Below, piece by piece: positions 13,645 to 28,400 of a stretch of 64,000 bases of DNA. Source of the DNA: Eledone cirrhosa (Eukaryota); the NCBI GenBank assembly GCA_964016885.1, contig OZ024740.1:39184001-39248000 (forward strand), in the 5' to 3' direction. Each line of letters begins with the position of its first letter. Position 1 is the stretch's first letter. A model generated the notes under the pieces. That model was not told the origin of the DNA, did not search any database, and was given only the letters and a program-made list of their open reading frames with translations. A program made the translations under genes and the position numbers.

Positions 13645-13876
13645 GGACTGTCTGGCAGGTTTTCTACAGTTGGATGCCCTTCCTAACACCAACCACATTT
13701 ACAGTGTGGGGCTGGGAGGTTTTTACCGTGTTGCCTACACGGCCACATTACAGCGTGGACTGTCTGGCGGGTTTTCTACAGCTGGATGCCCTTCCTAACA
13801 CCAACCACATTTACAGTGTGGGGCTGGGAGGTTTTTACCGTGTTACCTACACGGCCACATTTACAGCGTGGACTGT
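13645..13876. repeat. 112/113-bp tandem duplication in the 3' UTR of LINE copy 2
   Basis: Units start at 13645 and 13757, bounded by GGACTGT (third copy at 13870-13876); copy 1 has a single unit at 11949-12060. Confidence 0.93.
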
Positions 13877-14044
13877 GTGTTTTTTGTCGTGACACCTACA
13901 CGATCTCATTTGTTTCGGCCTGGATGTTGTGGGACCAACATAACTTTACATTGAAAGGGGCGGTGTGGATGGGGTGGAGGTGGTGGGACGGGGGTGTGTT
14001 TTGATAGAGATGCCTACTGACTGTAGTAGGTTTTTACTTTGTAT

Positions 14045-15880
14045 TTAGGTAAGGCGGGTCTTCTCTATTACTGAGTACCGCCAAAGGTCTCGGTCCAGTG
14101 ACATTGTCTTGGAGAGGTGTAAGCGTGTGAGGTCGGAATTTATCAGCTCGTCCCATGTTTTTCTGGGTCTGCCTACTCCGTGGCTACCGTCTATCTTTAT
14201 TGCCCTGCACTTTGTTATACAGCTGTCGTCTTTCATGCGCATCACGTGACCATACCAACGTAGCCTTCTCTCGAGTAAACAACATCTGATCCCTCTTATT
14301 TCTAATTTTTTCCTTAGTTCGTTTATGCTTTGCCGTTCACGTATATTACTATTGCACATCCAGCGGAGCATGCAAGCTTCGTTCCTCTCTAGTCTGCGTA
14401 TATCCTCTGCACACAATGCCCAGGTCTCACTGCTATGCAGCATTGCTGTTCGTATGCAGGCATCGTATAACCTGCCTTTCATTTTTAGGGAGAACCCTCT
14501 AGCGGCTAATAGTGGTATAAGCTCTCTGAACTTTTTCCATCCAGTTCTGACTCTAGCTACTGTACTTTCAGAGCACCCTCCCCCACTGCTGATTTTGTCA
14601 CCCAGGTAACGGAAGCTGTCCACAATTTCTATAGAACCCTCTACGCAGTTGAAAGAGCTAGTATTTTGTGGGCACTTGCTGCTACTTATTGCACCAGAGC
14701 ACCGGCCACATGTAAAATCTATGTTCTTAGTTAGCTTACCTGTGATCCCACTACATCTTTTCTGTACCCATACTTTGCATTTGGGACATAAAATGGAGTT
14801 TCTACCTACGCCTTTCCTACACACTGAGCATGGCCATTTCCCAGATGGGACTGCCGCCTTATTTTCTTTCCTACAAACTAGAACTTTAGTCTTAGCCAGG
14901 TTAATTTTAAGGCCTTTTGATTCTAGGCCGTGCTTCCATGTTTGGAATTTCTTCTCTAGTTCGGTCATTGATTCAGCTATGAGCGTTAGATCATCTGCGT
15001 ATTGGTGTTCCCATGGGCAGCCGGTCTTGAACTCCTCTGTTATAGCCTGAAGGGCAATAATAAATAGTAGGGGGCTAAGAACAGAGCCCTGATGGACACC
15101 AACTTTTACGCTAAACTCTTCACTATATTCGTTGTTAATTCTAACCTTACTGATTGTTTCTTTATACATGGCTTGTATAGCTCTCACAAGCCATTCATCA
15201 ACACCTAGTTTTCTAAGAGACCACCAGATAATGGAACGGGGGACTCTGTCGAAGGCTTTCTCCAAGTCGACGAAAGCTAAGTATAGGGGTTTACTTTTAG
15301 CTAGGTACTTCTCCTGTAGTTGTCGTACAATGAAAAGAGCGTCTGTGGTACTTTTGCCTGACACAAACCCGAACTGCATTTCATCTAGATCAATTCTCTC
15401 TCTGATTAGTTGCGCTATTACTTTTTCCGTGACCTTCATGACCTGGTCGATTAATTTAATGCCTCTATAGTTACTCCTATCTAGGGCATCTCCTTTTCCC
15501 TTATAGCAGTTAACTATGATGCTGCTATGCCAGTCCTTCGGAACAACCCCATTCTGTATGACTTGGTTAACTATCCGGGTGACCATGGTGTGTCCCACCG
15601 AACCAGATGCCTTCAGCATCTCAGCAACTATTTCCGAAGGACCAGCCGCCTTACCCGTCTTCATATCTTTGATTGCCTTGCTTATTGTACTACCCTGGAT
15701 TAACACTGCTGGTACCTCTATTGGGTCGATGTGGGGGAGACTGTCTTTCTCCCATTTGTTCTCCTCATTTAGAAGCCTTTCGTAGTGACACTTCCAAGCT
15801 ACCTTCTTATCAGCGTCGGTGATGGCAAGTATGCCATCATCATTAAGTACACACTTCTCCCCGACAATATCACGGATTTC
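14045..15880 (-). pseudogene. Reverse transcriptase domain of LINE copy 2; frame is open up to the truncation point, 58 codons upstream of the listed GTG start
   Basis: 553-aa ORF 14045-15706; my manual translation upstream stays open (RDIVGEKCVLNDDG...AWKCHYERLLNEEN...) until the junction at ~15880; YADD at 14990-15001. Confidence 0.9.
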
Positions 15881-15944
15881 CTATATTGTATCTATATTTC
15901 CTATATTTCCTATATTGTATCTATATTTCCTATATTGTATCTAT
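15876..15944. repeat. 20-bp junction mini-repeat at the 5' end of LINE copy 2
   Basis: ATTTCCTATATTGTATCTAT at 15876, 15905 and 15925, with a 9-bp partial ATTTCCTAT at 15896. Confidence 0.9.
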
Positions 15945-18900
15945 ATAACAGTAGTATTGTAACTATATAGTGTAGTATTGTAACTATATAACAGTAGTAT
16001 TGTAACTATATAACAGTAGTATTGTAACTATATAACAGTAGTATTGTAACTATATAACAGTAGTATTGTAACTATATAGTGTAGTATTGTAACTATATAA
16101 CAGTAGTATTGTAACTATATATAACAGTAGTATTGTAACTATATAACAGTAGTATTGTAACTATATAACAGCAGTATTGTAACTATATAACAGTAGTATT
16201 GTAACTATATGACAGTAGTATTGTAACTATATAACAGTAGTATTGTAACTATATAACAGTAGTAATGTAACTATATAACAGTAGTATTTTAACTATATAA
16301 CAGTAGTATTGTAACTATATATAACAGTAGTATTGTAACTATATATAACAGTAGTATTGTAACTATATAACAGTAGTATTGTAACTATATAACAGTAGTA
16401 TTGTAACTATATAACAGTAGTATTGTAACTATATAACAGTAGTATTGTAACTATATAACAGTAGTATTGTAACTATATAACAGTAGTATTGTAATTATAT
16501 AACAGTAGTATTGTAACTATATAACAGTAGTATTGTAACTATATAACAGTAGTATTGTAACTATATAGTGTAGTATTGTAACTATATAACAGTAGTATTG
16601 TAACTATATAACAGTAGTATTGTAACTATATAAGAGTAGTATTGTAACTATATATAACAGTAGTATTGTAACTATATAGTGTAGTATTGTAACTATATAA
16701 CAGTAGTATTGTAACTATATAACAGTAGTATTGTAACTATATAACAGTAGTATTGTAACTATATAGCAATAGTATTGTAACTATATAGCAGTAGTATTTT
16801 ACTATATAGTAGTATTGTAACTATATATAACAGTAGTATTGTAACTATAGAGTGTAGTATTGTAACTATATAACAGTAGTATTGTAACTATATAACAGTA
16901 GTATTGTAACTATATAACAGTAGTATTGTAACTATATAACAGTAGTATTGTAACTATATAAGAGTAGTATTGTAACTATATATAACAGTAGCATTGAAAC
17001 TATATAACAGTAGTATTGTAACTATATAACAGTAGTATTGTAACTATATAACAGTAGTATTGTAACTATATAAGAGTAGTATTGTAACTATATATAACAG
17101 TAGCATTGTAACTATATAACAGTAGTATTGTAACTATATAACAGTATTATTCTAACTATATAACAGTAGTATTGTAACTATATAACAGTAGTATTGTAAC
17201 TATATAGCAATAGTATTGTAACTATATAGCAGTAGTATTTTACTATACAGTAGTATTGTAACTATATATAACAGTAGTATTGTAACTATATAGTGTAGTA
17301 TTGTAACTATATAACAGTAGTATTGTAACTATATAACAGTAGTATTGTAACTATATAACAGTAGTATTGTAACTATATAACAGTAGTATTGTAACTATAT
17401 AACAGTAGTATTGTAACTATATGACAGTAGTATTGTAACTATATGTAACAGTAGTATTGTAACTATATAGTGTAGTATTGTAACTATATAACAGTAGTAT
17501 TGTAACTATATAACAGTAGTAATGTAACTATATAGTGTAGTATTGTAACTATATAACAGTAGTATTGTAGCTATATAGTGTAGTATTGTAACTATATAAC
17601 AGTAGTATTGTAACTATATAACAGTAGTATTGTAACTATATAGTGTAGTATTGTAACTATATAACAGTAGTATTGTAACTATATAACAGTAGTATTGTAA
17701 CTATATAACAGTAGTATTGTAACTATAAAACAGTAGTATTGTAACTATATAGCAGTAGTAATTTAACTATATAGTAGTATTGTAACTATATATAGCAGTA
17801 GTATTTTAACTATATTGTAGTATTCTAACTATATATAACAGTAGTATTGTAACTATATAACAGTAGTATTGTAACTATATAACAGTAGTATTGTAACTAT
17901 ATATAACACTAGTATTGTAACTATATAACAGTAGTATTGTAACTATATAGTGTAGTATTGTAACTATATATAACAGTAGTATTGTAACTATATAACAGTA
18001 GTATTGTAACTATATAGTGTAGTATTGTAACTATATATAACAGTAGTATTGTAACTATATAACAGTAGTATTGTAACTATATAGTGTAGTATTGTAACTA
18101 TATAGTGTAATATTGTAACTATATAAGAGTAGTATTGTAACTATATATAACAGTAGCATTGTAACTATATAACAGTAGTATTGTAACTATATAACAGTAT
18201 TATTCTAACTATATAACAGTAGTATTGTAACTATATAACAGTAGTATTGTAACTATATAGCAATAGTATTGTAACTATATAGCAGTAGTATTTTACTATA
18301 CAGTAGTATTGTAACTATATATAACAGTAGTATTGTAACTATATGTAACAGTAGTATTGTAACTATATAGTGTAGTATTGTAACTATATAACAGTAGTAT
18401 TGTAACTATATAACAGTAGTATTGTAACTATATAACAGTAGTATTGTAACTATATAACAGTAGTATTGTAACTATATAACAGTAGTATTGTAACTATATG
18501 ACAGTAGTATTGTAACTATATGTAACAGTAGTATTGTAACTATATAGTGTAGTATTGTAACTATATAACAGTAGTATTGTAACTATATAACAGTAGTATT
18601 GTAGCTATATAGTGTAGTATTGTAACTATATAACAGTAGTATTGTAACTATATAACAGTAGTATTGTAACTATATAGTGTAGTATTGTAACTATATAACA
18701 GTAGTATTGTAACTATATAACAGTAGTATTGTAACTATATAACAGTAGTATTGTAACTATAAAACAGTAGTATTGTAACTATATAGCAGTAGTAATTTAA
18801 CTATATAGTAGTATTGTAACTATATATAGCAGTAGTATTTTAACTATATTGTAGTATTCTAACTATATATAACAGTAGTATTGTAACTATATAACAGTAG

Positions 18901-21900
18901 TATTGTAACTATATAACAGTAGTATTGTAACTATATATAACACTAGTATTGTAACTATATAACAGTAGTATTGTAACTATATAGTGTAGTATTGTAACTA
19001 TATATAACAGTAGTATTGTAACTATATAACAGTAGTATTGTAACTATATAGTGTAGTATTGTAACTATATATAACAGTAGTATTGTAAGTATATAACAGT
19101 AGTATTGTAACTATATAGTGTAGTATTGTAACTATATATAACAGTAGTATTGTAACTATATAACAGTAGTATTGTAACTATATAGTGTAGTATTGTAACT
19201 ATATAACAGTAGTATTGTAACTATATAACAGTAGTATTGTAACTATATAACAGTAGTATTGTAACTATATAACAGTAGTATTGTAACTATATAGTGTAGT
19301 ATTGTAACTATATAACAGTAGTATTGTAACTATATATAACAGTAGTATTGTAACTATATAACAGTAGTATTGTAACTATATAACAGCAGTATTGTAACTA
19401 TATAACAGTAGTATTGTAACTATATGACAGTAGTATTGTAACTATATAACAGTAGTATTGTAACTATATAACAGTAGTAATGTAACTATATAACAGTAGT
19501 ATTTTAACTATATAACAGTAGTATTGTAACTATATATAACAGTAGTATTGTAACTATATATAACAGTAGTATTGTAACTATATAACAGTAGTATTGTAAC
19601 TATATAACAGTAGTATTGTAACTATATAACAGTAGTATTGTAACTATATAACAGTAGTATTGTAACTATATAACAGTAGTATTGTAACTATATAACAGTA
19701 GTATTGTAATTATATAACAGTAGTATTGTAACTATATAACAGTAGTATTGTAACTATATAACAGTAGTATTGTAACTATATAGTGTAGTATTGTAACTAT
19801 ATAACAGTAGTATTGTAACTATATAACAGTAGTATTGTAACTATATAAGAGTAGTATTGTAACTATATATAACAGTAGTATTGTAACTATATAGTGTAGT
19901 ATTGTAACTATATAACAGTAGTATTGTAACTATATAACAGTAGTATTGTAACTATATAACAGTAGTATTGTAACTATATAGCAATAGTATTGTAACTATA
20001 TAGCAGTAGTATTTTACTATATAGTAGTATTGTAACTATATATAACAGTAGTATTGTAACTATAGAGTGTAGTATTGTAACTATATAACAGTAGTATTGT
20101 AACTATATAACAGTAGTATTGTAACTATATAACAGTAGTATTGTAACTATATAACAGTAGTATTGTAACTATATAAGAGTAGTATTGTAACTATATATAA
20201 CAGTAGCATTGAAACTATATAACAGTAGTATTGTAACTATATAACAGTAGTATTGTAACTATATAACAGTAGTATTGTAACTATATAAGAGTAGTATTGT
20301 AACTATATATAACAGTAGCATTGTAACTATATAACAGTAGTATTGTAACTATATAACAGTATTATTCTAACTATATAACAGTAGTATTGTAACTATATAA
20401 CAGTAGTATTGTAACTATATAGCAATAGTATTGTAACTATATAGCAGTAGTATTTTACTATACAGTAGTATTGTAACTATATATAACAGTAGTATTGTAA
20501 CTATATAGTGTAGTATTGTAACTATATAACAGTAGTATTGTAACTATATAACAGTAGTATTGTAACTATATAACAGTAGTATTGTAACTATATAACAGTA
20601 GTATTGTAACTATATAACAGTAGTATTGTAACTATATGACAGTAGTATTGTAACTATATGTAACAGTAGTATTGTAACTATATAGTGTAGTATTGTAACT
20701 ATATAACAGTAGTATTGTAACTATATAACAGTAGTAATGTAACTATATAGTGTAGTATTGTAACTATATAACAGTAGTATTGTAGCTATATAGTGTAGTA
20801 TTGTAACTATATAACAGTAGTATTGTAACTATATAACAGTAGTATTGTAACTATATAGTGTAGTATTGTAACTATATAACAGTAGTATTGTAACTATATA
20901 ACAGTAGTATTGTAACTATATAACAGTAGTATTGTAACTATAAAACAGTAGTATTGTAACTATATAGCAGTAGTAATTTAACTATATAGTAGTATTGTAA
21001 CTATATATAGCAGTAGTATTTTAACTATATTGTAGTATTCTAACTATATATAACAGTAGTATTGTAACTATATAACAGTAGTATTGTAACTATATAACAG
21101 TAGTATTGTAACTATATATAACACTAGTATTGTAACTATATAACAGTAGTATTGTAACTATATAGTGTAGTATTGTAACTATATATAACAGTAGTATTGT
21201 AACTATATAACAGTAGTATTGTAACTATATAGTGTAGTATTGTAACTATATATAACAGTAGTATTGTAACTATATAACAGTAGTATTGTAACTATATAGT
21301 GTAGTATTGTAACTATATAGTGTAATATTGTAACTATATAAGAGTAGTATTGTAACTATATATAACAGTAGCATTGTAACTATATAACAGTAGTATTGTA
21401 ACTATATAACAGTATTATTCTAACTATATAACAGTAGTATTGTAACTATATAACAGTAGTATTGTAACTATATAGCAATAGTATTGTAACTATATAGCAG
21501 TAGTATTTTACTATACAGTAGTATTGTAACTATATATAACAGTAGTATTGTAACTATATGTAACAGTAGTATTGTAACTATATAGTGTAGTATTGTAACT
21601 ATATAACAGTAGTATTGTAACTATATAACAGTAGTATTGTAACTATATAACAGTAGTATTGTAACTATATAACAGTAGTATTGTAACTATATAACAGTAG
21701 TATTGTAACTATATGACAGTAGTATTGTAACTATATGTAACAGTAGTATTGTAACTATATAGTGTAGTATTGTAACTATATAACAGTAGTATTGTAACTA
21801 TATAACAGTAGTATTGTAGCTATATAGTGTAGTATTGTAACTATATAACAGTAGTATTGTAACTATATAACAGTAGTATTGTAACTATATAGTGTAGTAT

Positions 21901-22410
21901 TGTAACTATATAACAGTAGTATTGTAACTATATAACAGTAGTATTGTAACTATATAACAGTAGTATTGTAACTATAAAACAGTAGTATTGTAACTATATA
22001 GCAGTAGTAATTTAACTATATAGTAGTATTGTAACTATATATAGCAGTAGTATTTTAACTATATTGTAGTATTCTAACTATATATAACAGTAGTATTGTA
22101 ACTATATAACAGTAGTATTGTAACTATATAACAGTAGTATTGTAACTATATATAACACTAGTATTGTAACTATATAACAGTAGTATTGTAACTATATAGT
22201 GTAGTATTGTAACTATATATAACAGTAGTATTGTAACTATATAACAGTAGTATTGTAACTATATAGTGTAGTATTGTAACTATATATAACAGTTGTATTG
22301 TAAGTATATAACAGTAGTATTGTAACTATATAGTGTAGTATTGTAACTATATATAACAGTAGTATTGTAACTATATAACAGTAGTATTGTAACTATATAG
22401 TGTAGTATTG
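15945..22410 (+). repeat. Higher-order tandem duplication, 3215-bp unit, 2 copies
   Basis: Rare variants recur at +3215: GCAG 16171/19386, GAGTG 16850/20065, GCATTGAAAC 16991/20206, GTAAGT 19085/22300. Confidence 0.85.
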
Positions 22411-25400
22411 CAACTATATAGTGTAGTATTGTAACTATATAACAGTAGTATTGTAACTATATAACAGTAGTATTGTAACAATATATAACAGTAGTATTGT
22501 AACTATATAGTGTAGTATTGTAACTATATAACACTAGTATTGTAACTATATAGTGTAGTATTGTAACTATATAACCGTAGTATTGTAACTATATAACAGT
22601 AGAATTGTAACTATATAACAGTAGTATTGTAACTATATAACTGTAGTATTGCAACAATATATTGTAGTATTGTAACTATATAACAGTAGTATTGCAACTA
22701 TATGACAGTAGTATTGCAACAATACAGTGTATTATTGTAACTATATAACAGTAGTATTGTAACTATATAACAGTAGTATTGTAAATATATAACCGTAGTA
22801 TTGTAACTATACATAACAGTAGTATTGTAACTATATAACAGTAGTATTGTAACTATACAACAGTAGTATTGTAACTATATAACAGTAGTATTGTAACTAT
22901 ATAACAGTAGTATTGTAACTATATATAACAGTAGTATTGTAACTATATAACAGTAGTATTGTAACTATATAACAGTAGTATTGTAACTATATAACAGTAG
23001 TAATGTAACTATATAACAGAAACATTGTAACTATATAGTGTAGTATTGTAACTATATAAGAGTAGTATTGTAACTATATAGTGTAGTATTGTAACTATAT
23101 AACAGTAGTATTGTAACTATATAACAGTAGTATTGTAACTATATATAACAGTAGTATTGTAATTATATAGTGTAGTATTGTAACTATATAACAGTAGTAT
23201 TGTAACTATATAGTGTACTATTGTAACTATATAACAGTAGTATTGTAACTATATAGTGTAGTATTGTAAATATATAACAGTAGTATTGTAACTATATATA
23301 ACAGTAGTATTGTGACTATATAACAGTAGTATTGTAACTATATAACAGTAGTATTGTAACTATATAGTTTAGAATTGCAACTTTATAACAGTAGTATTGT
23401 AACTATATAATGGTAGTATTGTAACTATATAACAGTAGTATTGTAACTATATAACAGTAGTATTGTAACTATATAACAGTAGTAATGTAACTATATAGTG
23501 TAGTATTGTAACTATATAACAGTAGTATTGTAGCTATATAGTGTAGTATTGTAACTATATAACAGTAGTATTGTAACTATATAGTGTAGTATTGTAACTA
23601 TATATAACAGTAGTATTGTAACTATATAACAGTAGTATTGTAACTATATAGTGTAGTATTGTAACTATATATAACCGTAGTATTCTAACTATATAACAGT
23701 AGTATTGTAACTATATAGTGTAGTATTTTAACTATATAGTGTAGTATTGTAACTATATGACAGTAGTATTGTAACTATATAACAGTAGTATTGTAACTAT
23801 ATAGTGTAGTATTGCAACTATATAGTGTAGTATTGTAACTATATAGTGTAGTATTGCAACTATATAGTGTAGTATTGTAACTATATAACAGTAGTATTGT
23901 AACTATATAGTGTAGTATTGCAACTATATAGTGTGGTATTGTAACTATATAACAGTAGTATTGTAACTATATAAAAGTAGTATTGTAACTATATAACAGT
24001 AGTATTGTAACAATATATAACAGTAGTATTGTAACTATATAGTGTAGTATTGTAACTATATAACACTAGTATTGTAACTATATAGTGTAGTATTGTAACT
24101 ATATAGTGTAATATTTTAACTATATGACAGTAGTATTGTAACTATATAGTGTAGTATTGTAACTATATAACAGTAGTATTGTAACTATATAACAGTAGTA
24201 TTGTAACTATATAAGAGTAGTATTGTAAATATATATAACAGTAGTATTGTAACTATATAGTGTAGTATTGTAACTATATAACAGTAGTATTGTAACTATA
24301 TAACAGTAGTATTGTAACTATATAACAGTAGTATTGTAACTATATAGCAATAGTATTGTAACTATATAGCAGTAGTATTTTACTATATAGTAGTATTGTA
24401 ACTATATATAACAGTAGTATTGTAACTATAGAGTGTAGTATTGTAACTATATAACAGTAGTATTGTAACTATATAACAGTAGTATTGTAACTATATAACA
24501 GTAGTATTGTAACTATATAACAGTAGTATTGTAACTATAAAAGAGTAGTATTGTAACTATATATAACAGTAGCATTGAAACTATATAACAGTAGTATTGT
24601 AACTATATAACACTAGTATTGTAACTATATAACAGTAGTATTGTAACTATATAAGAGTAGTATTGTAACTATATATAACAGTAGCATTGTAACTATATAA
24701 CAGTAGTATTGTAACTATATAACAGTATTATTCTAACTATATAACAGTAGTATTGTAACTAAATAACAGTAGTATTGTAACTATATAGCAATAGTATTGT
24801 AACTATATAGCAGTAGTATTTTACTATATAGTAGTATTGTAACAATATATAACAGTAGTATTGTAACTATATAGTGTATTATTGTAACTATATAGTGTAT
24901 TATTGTAACTATATAACAGTAGTATTGTAACTATATAACAGTAGTATTGTAACTATATAACAGTAGTATTGTAACTATATAACAGTAGTATTGTAACTAT
25001 ATAACAGTAGTATTGTAACTATATGACAGTAGTATTGTAACTATATGTAACAGTAGTATTGTAACTATATCGTGTAGTATTGTAACTATATAACAGTAGT
25101 ATTGTAACTATATAACAGTAGTAATGTAACTATATAGTGTAGTATTGTAACTATATAACAGTAGTATTGTAGCTATATAGTGTAGTATTGTAACTATATA
25201 ACAGTAGTATTGTAACTATATAACAGTAGTATTGTAACTATATAGTGTAGTATTGTAACTATATAACAGTAGTATTGTAACTATATAACAGTAGTATTGT
25301 AACTATATAACAGTAGTATTGTAACTATAAAACAGTAGTATTGTAACTATATAGCAGTAGTAATTTAACTATATAGTAGTATTGTAACTATATATAGCAG

Positions 25401-28400
25401 TAGTATTTTAACTATATTGTAGTATTCTAACTATATATAACAGTAGTATTGTAACTATATAACAGTAGTATTGTAACTATATAACAGTAGTATTGTAACT
25501 ATATATAACACTAGTATTGTAACTATATAACAGTAGTATTGTAACTATATAGTGTAGTATTGTAACTATATATAACAGTAGTATTGTAATTATATAACAG
25601 TAGTATTGTAACTATATAGTGTAGTATTGTAACTATATATAACAGTAGTATTGTAACTATATAACAGTAGTATTGTAACTATATAGTGTAGTATTGTAAC
25701 TATATAGTGTAATATTGTAACTATATGACAGTAGTATTGTAACTATATAACAGTAGTATTGTAACTATATAGTGTAGTATTGCAAATATATAGTGTAGTA
25801 TTGTAACTATATAACAGTAGTATTGTAACTATATAACAGTAGTATTGTAACAATATATAACAGTAGTATTGTAACTATATAGTGTAGTATTGTAACTATA
25901 TAATACTAGTATTGTAACTATATAGTGTAGTATTGTAACTATATAACAGTAGTATTGTAACTATATAACAGTAGTATTGTAACTATATAACAGTAGTATT
26001 GTAACTATATAACTGTAGTATTGCAACAATATATTGTAGTATTGTAACTATATAACAGTAGTATTGCAACTATATGACAGTAGTATTGCAACTATACAGT
26101 GTATTATTGTAACTATATAACAGTAGTATTGTAACTATATAACAGTAGTATTGTAAATATATAACCGTAGTATTGTAACTATACATAACAGTAGTATTGT
26201 AACTATATAACAGTAGTATTGTAACTATACAACAGTAGTATTGTAACTATATAACAGTAGTATTGTAACTATATAACAGTAGTATTGTAACTATATATAA
26301 CAGTAGTATTGTAACTATATAACAGTAGTATTGTAACTATATAACAGTAGTATTTTAACTATATAACAGTAGTAATGTAACTATATAACAGAAACATTGT
26401 AACTATATAGTGTAGTATTGTAACTATATAAGAGTAGTATTGTAACTATATAGTGTAGTATTGTAACTATATAACAGTAGTATTGTAACTATATAACAGT
26501 AGTATTGTAACTATATATAACAGTAGTATTGTAATTATATAGTGTAGTATTGTAACTATATAACAGTAGTATTGTAACTATATAGTGTACTATTGTAACT
26601 ATATAACAGTAGTTTTGTAACTATATAGTGTAGTATTGTAAATATATAACAGTAGTATTGTAACTATATATAACAGTAGTATTGTGACTATGTAACAGTA
26701 GTATTGTAACTATATAACAGTAGTATTGTAACTATATAGTTTAGAATTGCAACTATATAACAGTAGTATTGTAACTATATAATGGTAGTATTGTAACTAT
26801 ATAACAGTAGTATTGTAACTATATAACAGTAGTATTGTAACTATATAACAGTAGTAATGTAACTATATAGTGTAGTATTGTAACTATATAACAGTAGTAT
26901 TGTAGCTATATAGTGTAGTATTGTAACTATATAACAGTAGTATTGTAACTATATAGTGTAGTATTGTAACTATATATAACAGTAGTATTGTAACTATATA
27001 ACAGTAGTATTGTAACTATATAGTGTAGTATTTTAACTATATATAACCGTAGTATTCTAACTATATAACAGTAGTATTGTAACTATATAGTGTAGTATTT
27101 TAACTATATAGTGTAGTATTGTAACTATATGACAGTAGTATTGTAACTATATAACAGTAGTATTGTAACTATATAGTGTAGTATTGCAACTATATAGTGT
27201 AGTATTGTAACTATATAACAGTAGTATTGTAACTATATAGTGTAGTATTGCAACTATATTGTGTGGTATTGTAACTATATAACAGTAGTATTGTAACTAT
27301 ATAACAGTAGTATTGTAACTATATAACAGTAGTATTGTAACAATATATAACAGTAGTATTGTAACTATATAGTTTAGTATTGTAACTATATAACACTAGT
27401 ATTGTAACTATATAGTGTAGTATTGTAACTATATAGTGTAATATTTTAACTAAATGACAGTAGTATTGTAACTATATAGTGTAGTATTGTAACTATATAA
27501 CAGTAGTAATGTAACTATATAGTGTAGTATTGTAAATATAACAGTAGTATTGTAGCTATATAGTGTAGTATTGTAACTATATAACAGTAGTATTGTAACT
27601 ATATAACAGTAGTATTGTAACTATATAGTGTAGTATTGTAACTATATAACAGTATTATTGTAACTATATAACAGTAGTATTGTAACTATATAACAGTAGT
27701 ATTGTAACTATAAAACAGTAGTATTGTAACTATATAGCAGTAGTAATTTAACTATATAGTAGTATTGTAACTATATATAGCAGTAGTATTTTAACTATAT
27801 TGTAGTATTCTAACAATATATAACAGTAGTATTGTAACTATATAACAGTAGTATTGTAACTATATAACAGTAGTATTGTAACTATATATAACACTAGTAT
27901 TGTAACTATATAACAGTAGTATTGTAACTATATAGTGTAGTATTGTAACTATATATAACAGTAGTATTGTAACTATATAACAGTAGTATTGTAACTATAT
28001 AGTGTAGTATTGTAACTATATATAACAGTAGTATTCTAACTATATAACAGTAGTATTGTAACTATATAGAGTAGTATTGTAACTATATAGTGTAGTATTG
28101 TAACTATATGACAGTAGTATTGTAACTATATAACAGTAGTATTGTAACTATATAGTGTAGTATTGCAACTATATAGTGTAGTATTGTAACTATATAACAG
28201 TAGTATTGTAACTATTTAACAGTAGTATTGTAACAATATATAACAGTAATATTGTAACTATATAGTGTAGTATTGTAACTATATAACACTAGTATTGTAA
28301 CTATATAGTGTAGTATTGTAACTATATAACAGTAGTATTGTAACTATATAACAGTAGTATTGTAACTATATAACAGTAGTATTGTAACTATATAACAGTA

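Larger units (their letters stand above)
13535..15880 (-). mobile_element. 5'-truncated non-LTR retrotransposon (RTE-like LINE), copy 2, ~2.35 kb
   Basis: Same family as copy 1 (colinear at a constant 1811-bp offset across the shared ORF). Has additional N-terminal RT motifs (KAAGP, NYRGIKL, QFGF); (CAT)8CA tail at 13535-13560; no endonuclease domain retained. Confidence 0.94.

Noticed and set aside
11844-15880. Bacterial RT system (retron, DGR, group II intron) or LTR element
   Set aside because: Motifs, simple-repeat tails and variable 5' truncation fit non-LTR retrotransposons; the repeated 3' UTRs belong to two separate copies and are not LTRs or a DGR template/variable pair.
11844-15880. 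The two LINE copies as a simple segmental duplication
   Set aside because: Different truncation points, many silent substitutions and different UTR structure, whereas nearby satellite duplications are near-identical.
15785-15970. 61-aa plus-strand ORF
   Set aside because: Spans LINE end, junction filler and satellite; low-complexity chance ORF.
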